Below are positions 11,101 through 23,251 of a stretch of DNA of 64,000 bases, in pieces. The stretch's first letter is position 1; the number at the start of each line of letters is the position of its first letter. Both the position numbers and the translations under genes were made by a program. The DNA lies in the NCBI GenBank assembly GCA_051362555.1, contig CM120641.1, positions 19,592,001 to 19,656,000 on the forward strand, written 5' to 3'. The DNA is from Lingula anatina (lineage: Eukaryota; Animalia; Brachiopoda). The notes below the pieces were generated by a model. It did no database searches, was not told the origin of the DNA, and saw only the letters and a program-made list of their open reading frames with translations.

Positions 11101-13556
11101 CAATTTCAAGGTCACATTTAGATTGCCAGTGTATGACTTTCTATTCAAGTTCAATAGTAACTATGGACCTATCTCTGCCAGTTTTGGAGATAAAAGGGAA
11201 GCAAAATTTGGAAAGTTCAGTTCATGGTGAAAAGTAGGTCAAAGGTCAATTTCAAGGTCACATTTAGATTGCCAGTGTATGACTTCCTATTCAAGTTCAA
11301 TAGAAACTATGGACCTATCTCTGCCAGTTTTGGAGATAAAAGGGAAGCAAAATTTGCAAAGTTCAATTCATGGTGAAAAGTAGGTCAAAGGTCAATTTCA
11401 AGGTCACATTTGGATTGCCAGTATATGACTTCCTATTAAAGTTCAATAGTAACTATGGACCTATCTCTGCCAGTTTTGGAGATAAAAGGGCAGCAAAATT
11501 TGCAGAGTTCAGTTCATGGTAAAAAGTAGGTCAAAGGTCAATTTCAAGGTCACATTTAGATTGCCAGTATATGACTTCCCATTCAAGTTCAATAGTAACT
11601 ATGGACCTATCTCTGCCAGTTTGGGAGATAAAAGGGAAGCAAAATTTGCAAAGTTCAGTTCATGGTGAAAAGTAGGTCAAAGGTCAATGTCAAGGTCACA
11701 TTTAGATTGCCAGTATATGACTTCCTATTCAAGTCCAATAGTAACTATGGACCTATCTCTGCCAGTTTTGGATATGAAAGGGAAGCAAAATATGCAAAGT
11801 TTAGTTCATGGTGAAAAGTAGTCAGGCGGCTCAGTCCAAATTTTATCCAGAATTGTGCAAAAGATGATAACAGCATGAAATTTTCCACGATGAATGACCA
11901 TTGGGTGTTTGTCAACCCCCTGATCCAAAATAGATGAACACCCAATGGTTATTCATCGGGGAAAGTTTCATGCTTTTATCATCTATTGCACAATTCTGGA
12001 AAAAATTTGGACTGAGCCACCTGACTATACCGTACTGCACATTTTGCTTTCACCACCAATATGTACTTTTTGATAGCGTAACTCGAAAACCGTTTGGAAT
12101 ACAAAAAAACGGAGACCACCTACAGTGTTGGGCTTTACATGCTCTACAAAATGCAAAAAAGAATGGGTCTCTAGCATTAACGGTTCCCGAATTAGAGACA
12201 GTTTTCAGTTTCGGCATCTTATGGCCGTTACTCCAGTGAAAATGCACCGATTGACCCCAAATTCACGGAGATGAAAGATGACCTGAAGGGTAACACTTTC
12301 CAATAATATTATTGGTTAAGTCTGTGTGGTGTCTGAATAACAGGGCAAAAAAATTTTTTTTCATAAAAAATATTTTTTTTTGAAAATTTTGGCCCGTTTG
12401 ACCTTGAAGTAAAGGTCAAAGGTCAAATCCAAGGGCATATTTGAAATCTACACATATGACTTTTGGAAAGCCGTCTGTAGAAATTTTTCCCATAACCCCT
12501 TCCGTAGGGTAGATAATTAGCATTTAATTTTGCCATTTTTGGACAAGGGTGCATTGCAATGAGTGCCACACCCAGACCCCAATACCGGCAAAGCCCAAAT
12601 TTTACGTGGAATGAGCTGAGATTATAGGTGACCTAAATCCAAGAGATGGGTACGGGGGCCCTTACTGTCTAGGAGGAGAAGCGGTAACGGTAGCCGTCCG
12701 GCGGAGCCGGCGGAGCAGGCGGAGCCGGCGGAACGATCCGGACGAGACCGAAACCATGTGTACTGCCAGCGCTAACGCTGGTGGTACAATGATTGACATA
12801 AAATATATAAAAGATTTGACTCTTTATTTCTAAAACTAACTGTGCATGTAAATATCCTGACCTGAAGGTGACATATTTTTGGAATCAACATTTAAAAACC
12901 AACTGAAGGGGAGTAGCGATGCAGGGACGTACATGTACTGATGGGGGTAACATCTTAATTATACTCGGTAACCGGGGGAGTAATTAACCTTGTACGTGGG
13001 GAAAATGATTCTTCATGCATATAATGTATCTCCCAAACTGAAATCTCATAACTGTGTTTGCTCAAAATCTGTATGTATCACACACGGGTTTTGTTGAAGA
13101 ATACTTCAGTTGGAGGGAAATAGGGCGTTGCAGGTTCATAAACGGGTTAATATTTATTTATTACGTTATGGGAGTAGGGGTCAAACACTTATACAGTACA
13201 TGTGTAGCTGGAAAAGTATATCATTGCTTAACTTTAAAAAGAGGGAAGTGGGAATAACCACTGATTATGAAATTTAATCTGTGTGAAGGAGGGTTCTGCA
13301 ATGTTTAACTGCAATGTTACTGATATCCTTGTACAGTGAAAATAAACAGTACAGATGATAACACTGCCAAAATGTGACATATGAAGTACATCGATATATA
13401 CAACAGCCAATTTGACTAGTTCATCACAGCTGATTGTGATTTGTTAAAGTGGAATGTTAGTATAATCCCTAGAATATCAAAACTAATGCTGGGATCAATG
13501 AACTTACTGTAATTCACATCAGCAATTGTTTTCTCACGCTCCCCTCCGTCTGCCAT
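8141..13556 (-). CDS. Uncharacterised multi-exon gene, about 153 aa; possible CS/p23-like (HSP20-like) beta-sandwich domain
   Basis: Phase-compatible GT-AG exons 13556-13508, 13037-12989, 9966-9926, 8977-8830, 8603-8462 and 8173-8141 give MADGGEREKTIADVNYIWEIHYMHEESFSPRTSLSSKRLVAVSLILCTHMITKGKNSYVVIPVTIDDLL...LECKGSEARIVVTMKGGTLNGLRYNLVFDD...SYIKVEKAKLTVYLCYQ*. The CS-domain resemblance is by eye only. Confidence 0.55.
9351..9630. mobile_element. MITE with 13-bp TIRs and 5-bp TSD (hAT5-like), copy 1
   Basis: TIRs CAGGGCCGTAGCC...GGCTACGGCCCTG with TSD GAAAG on both sides. Same family as 29132-29611. Confidence 0.85.
10074..10687. mobile_element. 614-bp non-autonomous DNA transposon with 77-bp TIRs, 8-bp TSD and an internal RecQ-helicase remnant
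   Basis: TIRs 10074-10150 and 10611-10687 with 1 mismatch; TSD CCAGTATA (10066-10073 and 10688-10695). The + strand near 10362-10480 translates AWSTSELKPEQYDALHHYLLRDDVFCVLPTGYGKSLIFSL (RecQ motif 0 / Walker A region). Confidence 0.9.
10688..11818 (+). repeat. Tandem satellite, 146-bp unit, about 7.7 copies
   Basis: The anchor ATGGT(G/A)AAAAG recurs at 10786, 10932, 11078, 11224, 11370, 11516, 11662 and 11808, exactly 146 bp apart. A further partial unit at about 10020-10073 is interrupted by the MITE. Confidence 0.95.
11819..12027. mobile_element. Fold-back MITE with about 90-bp TIRs and TAG...CTA ends (Academ-like)
   Basis: TAGTCAGGCGGCTCAGTCCAAATTTT...CATTGGGTGTT (11819-11909) is mirrored by AACACCCAATGG...GGACTGAGCCACCTGACTA (11937-12027). 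No TSD visible. Confidence 0.8.
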
Positions 13557-16500
13557 CCTTTATTTCGTCACGCCTAACAAGGTATAGCTTCACGTTCAAT
13601 TGTCACCTTGTAAAGCTGATGAACATAAAAAGCCACGTGAAACGACTCTTATCACTTGGCTATCATATTGCAAAAGATAGACCAAAGTCAGTTAAAAAGT
13701 ATTTTAACAAATCTAAAATATTTCACGGTTCAATAAAAAGAGGATTTGCTGATTGTAGTCAGGAGACATGCCATATCAGATCCAAATATGGTGGCCACGC
13801 GCCATCTCAGGCTAGAGATCGGCTGTCTTCTCGGGCCACATAATTTAATACCAAAATGCTTCTGTCAAAGTGAAAATGCGCAAAACCAGTTATTATCATT
13901 GCCCTCCACAGTATATCACGTTCTAATCAATGCTGTACACAGGACATCTAATACAGAGATTGTTTTGATATTTCAATAAAATTTTTAGTCCAAGACCATA
14001 GGGAGTATTTACAACCAGTTGATCTATGGACTAACTAGTCCATGGATCTAATATGGTGTGCAATTGAAAGCAACCCACATAATCCCTTACAATAATGTGA
14101 TGGATTCCCTGCCTCTCAGCAGGGGCAGAACAATGAAATCTCGACACATGCTTTCAAGTGGGTCATGCCAAATTTAAACAGGTTGTGAATGCTCCCAAAC
14201 TCTGAGAAGATACAGTGTAGATGCAACACAGTTCAAACCAAAACATTTAATTGTCACACCTTGCCAAATCTGTGAAACACCGTGAAAAACAAAAATAAAT
14301 TCATACTTTTAAACCATACTCAGTCTGTCAAACCTGATGAAAATGCACAGAGATGAGAAATAATTTACATTTATCTTATCTATAATTTACAAATTGTCAA
14401 ACTTTCTAGTGCATTGAAACAGCGAGAGTAACAATTCATGAATGCCATTGTGTGGAAAATGAAGCATAATTTATGCAAAAGACATCCTGACTTATTTAGC
14501 CAAAGTTTTTTTCACCGACTCATTTGAGTTGTTCTTTAGGTGGGTGGATTTGCTGGAGTTGTTTAGATATATTATATATATGTGAAACATGTTATGTAAT
14601 GATAAATTATGTTTAATACAGTATTAAGTTTTTTCTCTGTGTCATTTGAAAGAGTTACTTTTTGTACATGGTGTTCCACAGGCAAGTAATAAAAAAGTAC
14701 TCTTCATCCTCCAGACTTATGATGTGGTTTATAATTTTTTTTCAAATGGAGTTAATTGGTTAACTTTCAGCATGGCAACCAGCTTCAATATGCAGATTGT
14801 GACTACTGAATTTGTTATGATACGAATACATAAGTCTTTATAGTTTGTGTAGGAGCTGCAGCAAAGAGGCTTTGCATTCCAGCAGAAGACATGGATGGCA
14901 AGACCAATGCACTAGTAATTTCAGTATCTTTGCTGGTATCTACTCTGGTGTCCAAAATATGCATTGGCACTCAATATTAACCGCCCCATTTCATCTTTCG
15001 GCTACAAAATGATTATTTTCATTTTTCAGTTTAACAGAAATACAATCAAGATTTTTTTTCAAGGTTTTATTTGACTTTCATCTTAATCATTTTCACTTAA
15101 GGTACAGCTGAATATATTCATACACATGAAGACAATAACAGTGTAACCACCTTAAATAATTTTGCCTATTTTGAGAGTATTACTAGACACCACATAAAGG
15201 TTACATGCATGAAAAATATAGGAATTTTTCTTACCACACAGGTGCTAATTGCTTTGTTGGTTTTACCTGTGTACAGTTTTTGATGTTATTAATAAGACAC
15301 TGCTACAAAAAGACACAAAACAAACAAACAATGCTCATGCATATACATAAGGCTCAAAACTTTAAGATAATATAAAGCATGGGTGGACTACCAGTAACAC
15401 AGATAAGCCACTTCTACTTGTTTCTTACACAACTTAAATAAAGTTGACATGCCAAGCATAAACCAAATAAATCTCTCGTTAGCCAAAAGAGTAGCTTTGA
15501 AACTGCAACTTTTTCAATTTTTGGTCGTCCTGTTCATGAGGGTCAGTTAAATGACAAAGCACTGTGCACATATTGCTTTATCATCACTCTTACTCCCAAA
15601 TATGGATGTATAGCTGCCCATGCAATTGCACTTATTCACATGAAACTGCTTAGGAATATTTACAGCACAGAAAGAAAGCAGCAAAATTTGTTACTATATA
15701 ATTAAGGCAACATGAAATAATGTCCTTTGGTATTTATCTCAGTTATACAACTTGAAACTACGTGGCAAAAATTGGACATGAATCTCCAAAATCAGAAAAC
15801 CAGTTGTAATCATAAAACTTGAAACCAATCATTTTCCCTAATGTGTTAAAATACTTTAAAAACAAGTACCACTAACATGGCCAAGAATCTCAGAAATTCA
15901 CCTATAATATCATATACATAAATCAAAGCTTAGCACTAACCTGAGAATTGAAAAGGTGCAAGTAGAGCAGAAAAGAACCAAACTTAACATATTGCAGGAA
16001 GTAGATTTCTAATTTTTCTCATGTCATTGGGCTCTATAGTCATAATCACCAACGTGAAGTGCAGGATTGATGAGGGGATTCCTTTGTCAGAGCTTGAACA
16101 ACAACGTGGAAAAAAAAACACACACACACACAAGAGTGCACTGTAGTTACATTTAGATTATTGGCCAATTTCAGTTAATGCACTCAGTCAGCTTAACAAA
16201 ATGTTAGCAATTAAATGTGCATGATAAAACTTTGACCAGAAAGTTCAAATATCACTATAATAAAAAACTTTTCCATTTATTACACACATGTGGATATATT
16301 CTATTTATGCTCTAACAAACACTTAAGACAACACTATGATGTAAAAATAGAGATCTTTGGTGAATTTCTTTAAAGTGAATCCGTTTCATCCTAAATGATC
16401 CCCAAACCTGCCTCTTAAAAATGCAATTAATCTGTAAGGTGGCAGCTAATATTATACAGATCAATCTGTTTGTGCACAATGTAGAAGCACCCTAATCCCA

Positions 16501-17272
16501 TATATAAATATACATACATATAATAAACTTAGCAAGTATTAAGCCACAACCATTGAAAAAAAAATAGTGAAATATACATACATGAAACACACAAGGCTCT
16601 GTTGACACTGGTTTAAATACAAATCAACGTACATTTATGTCTAACATAAGATTTATTCTAAAAAAAAAAGAGATACTTAACCAAATTTACTAGGTTCACT
16701 AGATTCACTAGGAACATCTCACAAACAGGAATTAAAACAAGCCATCCATCCGAATCCCTACTGAAACACCTTTACGACACTTTTCCAAATAATTTTTCTT
16801 CTGGGGAGGGCATTCCACAAAAAAGTGAATTTGAGTCATATCAGTGATGCACACATTTTGTGTAACATATGGATAGCTGTTTTATAAATTATATTGCTTT
16901 CTAATTACTGTTGATTTCTTTCCACATTGAAGGGTACTATAGTTTAAAAAAGAAAATATAATTAGGGGTTAAGTCAGATTTATGCTAATATTTCACAAAA
17001 TGTGTCACTGACTTGACACAAAGATGGTTTTTAGTGGAATGACCCTTGGTGTATTACATGATGCTGTAATGCTGTTGGCAAAATTGAAATAACATAAAAC
17101 TAATAATAACAATAATATATTTGTTCCAAAAATTGAGTGATTTTTTTTCACTAAAACATCAGCAAACAAAAATAACAATAACATTGCATCCCTCAAGCTG
17201 TAAGATGCAACTTGCAAGATTATTTAGTCACCATTAACCATAAGGTGATGCTTCTCAACCAATATCCCCAAC

Positions 17273-20200
17273 CTATTTTAGCTTCCCTAGCAAGCTTAAG
17301 TCTGAAAAGGTGTCCGTGTTTCTTTGTGCTTCTAACATTTCACTCAACAGTTCACAAACTGGAAACAAACCACTGCTCTTAATATTGTACACTAGAATCT
17401 GGCCTTCATGCGCAATGCGTCCAAGTGATGAGAGAAGCAGTAACAGATGTGCTGAGCGAGCTGGGATGTTGGGTGCAGTGTAAGTCACATAGTCATGCAG
17501 GGTTTTCATGTACTTCTCCTGGATTTGTCGAAGCTTACTTTTTTCTTCTAATCCTAAAACTTTGTCTAAAAACAAAGATGTTAAATTAGTACTTATGCAT
17601 TATCAACTGCAATGCAACCTTATCTTGTTAAAAACATAAAACTTCATATTGAAAACTTATAAATATTTCGAGAAGTATTTAAAACTACAAATTCTTTAGC
17701 AAAATACAAAAAGACATGATGATGCTTCCGGCAGATAAAATACTTCAATGAAAAACAAAATACTCCAAGTTGACACATTCTCATGAATGCCACATTTATT
17801 AATTTCTAAACTATTATTTTTATTATTTAATATTCTTCTGTAAAATTAATCCTTTATAAATATTAAAAATGCTTCAAACAATTATCCGAATATTTTTAAT
17901 TTGCTCAAATATTCAAAAATGCTTTAAGACTTATCCTAAAGGTGGATTTAGAATGAAAGGCATAGACCTGCATACATATCTCACCTGGATTAAACAGAGT
18001 GAGAGCCATCAACAATACATATTCCTCTTTGGTCACTTTAAGCTCTCTGAGGCGTTCTACAAATGACATCATTTGGGCACCATAACCCTTGAACCCCATC
18101 GCATTTACCATTTGACTGAAAAATGTTAATTCCCCAATTTAATTTTTCAAACATGAAAACTGAAGGCAAATATTATATATCATACATATTTTCTATTTAT
18201 TTTCCGATCCAATCTTACACTATTGAAGCAGCAGGAAGATGACATTGCCTCTTTGACCAATGTTAAGATGACCCTATGAATTAAATCATTTTAGTTGCAA
18301 GTTAACTCTACCATCAAAATAACATCATAAATACTATTAACCTTAAGCACTGGAGCTGTAAAAAAAAATGAGAACTAGAAAGCTGGTGCACCTACATGTC
18401 AATGATAAAGTTTGGTCCTATATACAGCTTTCCAGGGAAAGGTATACATCTATATGTAAATCTGAAGAAGCAGGTTTCAAACCAGCTGCATTCCAGAAGA
18501 TGAACTTGGTCATTCAGAGTCAAACTGCAATACTCTGAAAAAGTACAGAACTATTAGAGCTAGCAGCAGAGAAATGTCAACTGATACTTCAGCTTGGCTT
18601 AAAGAACTGACAAGGCTTTGTAAAAAATGGCAATAAGTGGGTCATTTCTTTATAACATTCACAAAAGTATAACTCACCTTTCAAAAAAATTTTTTTACAA
18701 CACGACAGCATTAATGACTGATTATGATCAATTTTATGATACAAAAATTATGTCATACCAGGAACTTGTTTTGCCCAGTTAATGTTGTTGATGAGCTCTT
18801 TGTCAACACAGCTTATCGCTGGCATCAGATACTGCTCTAGAGTTGTGTTTTCACTGAAATTGACAGCTAAATCTGGTGCATGTGGCTCAATTTCCACCAA
18901 CTTTGAGACCAACTGTAAAGCTTGTGGGATTGCTTTAGAATCCTCTTCTATGCTCTTTGTTGGGGTAACACAAGGCTGAGGACTAAATGATTTCGCGGAT
19001 CCAGAAGAAAATGTTTCCTTTGATAACTAGAAAAAATTTTTGCACATAACATATACATTACCTCATTTTAATAAATTTGAAATAAATGTTATAATATGAT
19101 AAGAAATCAATGAAGTTTTAATCACTGTCTTATTTACTAGGTTTTTACTTCACTCTACTCAGGGATGTGAAGACTGATTGCTGGACATTGACAAGTTTTG
19201 GGACTGGTTACTAACTAAATGACACTTAAAGTTACAAATGTATAAAATAGGTAAATTGCATTCTGTTTTCATTAAAATTACATCCTTTAAATATTCCACA
19301 AAATTCCATCAACTGCATACAAAAAGTGCCAAAGATTACTTTAACAAACCTTTTTTGCACTGTTTCCTGTTCCATCTTCTGATTTTCTTTTCACTGCAGT
19401 TTTGGACTTATTCCCTGATCGTGATTTTATAGCTAAAAAAAAAACGTTAACTAGAAAGCAAAGATAATTTCAACAGATATTTTTTATACCTACAGTCTAT
19501 GTCTGTCAGACCACAGCCAGTAACATTACCTCATCAAATAATTTTGATCTACTGTTTTATACAACAAAGTGACTTTCTCATTCAAAATTGTAATAATATA
19601 GTATGTAAATCATTGTGAACATCAAAACTGTTGATAAAACCAGAATGCAAACAATGGAAATCACATCTAAAAATGTCAACCACTTACAAGTTTTGCACAT
19701 TCCTGCTTCATTGCACTTTCGCAAGCGACATGCTTGACAACTCTTTCTCCTTTGTTTGTCTATCATACAAGTGTTTGTTGCCGGGCAAACATAATCCACA
19801 TGACCTAGAATGTCATAATTGATAATCCACCAACTTAAATTAAGTTGAAATTAAGTTAAAATTTTAATAAGAATTCTATTTATCATATTTCTTATATAGG
19901 TCAGCTGTTTACTATGTTATATGGAATTATAGTATTCAAGTTCTTATTCAAGACAATGTCTGGTATGTAGCTGAAATAATACCTTGAATGCTTCTTTTGA
20001 AGAAAGCTTTGCAGCCCTCACAAGACCATACTCCATAGTGGAACCCAGAAGCAACATCATTACACACTGCACAAAGATGACCAGATGACCTTAAGCCTAA
20101 AACAAGAAATAAGTAAATAAATGAACGTAAAAACATGCTACGCAATCAATGAGTTTTATTAATTACAGTGTACATTCTTATCAACAATTTTTTTAAATGT

Positions 20201-22208
20201 TAAAATCAATAGGAAAAGTTAAAATCTGCAATAAGATTCTGTAAACAGGCTTTTTTGCATAAAAGGTTAATGATAACTTTGAACCATGCTCTATATATCA
20301 TAGGACATCCAACATATTCTCTTTGACATATATGCCCAGGCCAAACTTACTGTTCAAACTCGTATTTTCTGTCTGCCCGCTCTGACTGGCCTCTGAACTC
20401 TGTACCGGGTTTGGAGGAGACGATTCTTCCTTCGTCAGATGATTCGGCTGCATGGCATCATTGCTTTGATCCCGACTGTCTGCAGGCCGGCAAGGAAGCT
20501 GGCCGTTGTCATTTGATTGAACAGCACTGTGCCTGATCAAGGGCTGGTTAGCTTGGTGATAACCTGTGGCCTGTTGTCTATGTGAATCCCCAGTCACATG
20601 TGTAGCTCTGAAATACATAAGCACCTTTTCATTATTCATCATAAATACAATTACTGACTTAAAAATGAGGCCATTGTGTCATTTTCAATCACAACAAATC
20701 AGAATGCCATAAGAATACTTGTATATACCTGTAATAAAAATACAATCAAAAGAAGAAAAAAAAATGGGATGATATCATTTCAGTTACTCCGGCTAACAAC
20801 TCTCTTTCCTGATTCAAGCTCATTAGCCTATGGTCAAAACCATTGCAACATTCTTAACAATCATAAAGAGTTAACGACCCACCAAAACAATTTTGAGGGC
20901 GTCACACAATTTGTTTACATAAGTAATTTAGGTGTCAAAAGAATGCCACATACCCATGACAGTGAGCTTCCAGTACCGCAAACAGCTCTTCCATACGTTA
21001 TTTTCCCAACACAGGGTCAAACTATTGATATCTTGTCCCAACAAAAATAACAACCATGTTATCCTCTTTGGTGATATATATAGTTTGGGTTTGCTCTTCC
21101 GTTTAAAATCCAAACCATTGTGCTGCGAGATACTGTCCAAACCCTCACCAAAATGGCTTTACGGGCTCACAGCAGTGAACTCATTACCTTGACCCAGTTT
21201 CTAATACCGTAAACAAATCTCATTGCAGCGGTTGTGTTTTTGGCGCAACTGTAGCATTCTAAGTTGTCCTGTACGTGTATTTGTTAATATAGTTAGGAGC
21301 ATATCGTATTTTATTTCAGGAAAAAATATAAACCGGTAACTGTACTCAAACTCTCCATTCGTACATGAACTCATGTGCCTTGTTAACTGTGTTAAAAGAA
21401 GTTCTTTAAATGAAAATAAGCAAATAATTCTATGGAAAATATTCACAACATTTCCAAAAATTTATACTCACATTTGTGAATCTAGAACTGAGCTTGGAGT
21501 CCGGTATTGATGGCCTTCACTTTTCACACATATTTCCTGCTCTTTTGTATCACCATGTTTCTTGCCAAAGCTTTCTGTATCTGTCACAGCCAAGTCTTTC
21601 AATTCACAGTCTTTCTCATAGGGAGTAGAAATGCTTTGCAGAGAATGTGAATATCTATGGGTGTTTGACTTCTCAATTGCATTTAAATAAGACGATTTTT
21701 GTTCATCTGTTTCAAAGCAATGGAAACTTGGGTCTCTTTTGTTTTTATTCATGGACTCCAATTTCACATCCTTCATAGTCCCTGGTGTGAAAAACTTGTC
21801 TGTTAGTGGTGACTTGTGAGTATGAGATAAATGAACAATTTCTGAAAATGGAGACATTTTTTCCCTTTCTTCACTGGGAAACAAGTTTGTCTCAGTGCCT
21901 TTCAGTTCATGAATTAAATTTTTTATACTTTGTTCAGCAAAACCACTGTTATGGACTAGGTTAGGAGAAGAATTAGTGACATGTTTGTCTGAGTCAGTGT
22001 CATGATTTCCAAAGAGCAGGCCCTTCAAAGGTTGTTTCTTCATGTTTTCTACATGTTTGTCTTTTCTTAGATCTATAGGTGCTTCCAAGCTATCATCAGA
22101 ATTTTCAGTCATTGTGGAATGATACATTTCATTTCTCTGCTCCTGTTCTTTCATCAAATCTGCCAGCCAAAATTCCTTCCCATTCTTTGGTCTTTTTGGT
22201 GGCGGCAT
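17273..22208 (-). CDS. ESR: Estrogen receptor (NR3A/NR3D-type steroid receptor), 9 coding exons
   Basis: [34 protein letters not shown] / [30 protein letters not shown] has the ER P-box CEGCKA (ERR has CEACKA). LBD has [27 protein letters not shown] and AF-2 [10 protein letters not shown]. Exons 22208-21472, 20607-20351, 20096-19983, 19804-19688, 19432-19350, 19026-18759, 18534-18396, 18115-17985 and 17565-17273 are all phase-compatible. Confidence 0.92.
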
Positions 22209-23251
22209 TTTGGTTCGCCCTTGTGTCAAATGCCGTAATTCAAAGTGTGGAACTTTAAGCTGAAATTAATCACTTAAATAGTGAAAAATGGAGAAAAATA
22301 TTTGAAAAATATAATAAATGTAAATACACTTCTACCATTATATGCAAGCTACAGACTACACAGCACTACTGACATAAATTTAGTACAGACATGGAGGAGG
22401 AAAAAAATTAAGTCTCAGGTTCAGTGGCAGCTATGAGAGGTTTAAAACAATTTGCATGAAAATCTCATAAATTTTCAATTCAAAATTTAAAATCCGAATA
22501 TCAAAAAATATTTCTACTTAACAAAACTTCCTTGCAACTTAAAGGGATAACAACTGTTCACAAGTTATATATATTCCACTATAAATGCATTGTAAACAGC
22601 TCATAGAAATATAATAATTATCATTTTACCACCAAAAAAGGTGTTGAACACAATCATTCTGGAATTTGTGTTTGCCATCACACCACGTGACCTCTATAGA
22701 TGGCTACACTCTGTAATAATCTCTTATGAGAATATTACAGAAAAGCAAACTTTTTAGAAAAAAAAAAAACAGGGACTAACTTTGAAGGTGGGAATGGATT
22801 AATTAACCATTGGTAAGTATGGGAAAATTGTCCTTTATCCTAGGAAAATCCATTTTTTTGGTCAAAATGAACAGTTGTGATCCCTTTAAAAGTATACAAA
22901 AATATAGTCAAGCAGTTTATGGAGTAAACTAGAAAAATCAAGCACAAACAACAAAGGGAATAGTTCACATCTTTAAAAATTAAAATTCAAACAAAAAATA
23001 AGAGTAACAATGCAATTAATAAATAAATCAACAAATATGAAGCACAAATTCAAAAATATACAGGACTGTATGAGGGTGTACTGTTAAATCATCGAAAAAA
23101 GCATCGAAAAAATAGTCTGTTACTGTAAATTTTTATTTTTTTAAAAAAAAATTAATTTTTTTGAAATCAAATTCTTAAAATGGGAACTTTCCCATTGAAT
23201 GGTAGCAGCAAATAGACAGCAAAGCTGACACATATACAGACACAATACAGG

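Larger units (their letters stand above)
9982..12790 (+). mobile_element. Helentron-associated (HINE/DINE-like) composite element containing a satellite array and nested MITEs
   Basis: Starts AACAAG. Contains core tandem repeats, a (GGCGGAGCC)-type minisatellite near 12700-12735 and a terminal hairpin GTACTGCCAGCG-CTAA-CGCTGGTGGTAC near 12760-12787. Boundaries approximate. Confidence 0.6.

Noticed and set aside
10688-11818. CRISPR-like array
   Set aside because: Head-to-tail 146-bp units with no unique spacers, eukaryotic context and no cas genes.
12862-12902. Extra exon (SWFLNVDSKNMSPS) in the unknown minus-strand gene
   Set aside because: It has plausible AG/GT ends, but including it shifts the next exon into a frame incompatible with its strong GTATGT donor. 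Left out of the model; only RNA-seq can decide.
20676-21446. Several ORFs inside ER intron 2
   Set aside because: No splice-compatible boundaries found and no homology. The flanking ER exons join in phase without them.
17273-22208. Estrogen-related receptor (ERR/NR3B) call
   Set aside because: The P-box context [18 protein letters not shown] is ER-type; ERR has GVASCEACKAFFKRTIQG.
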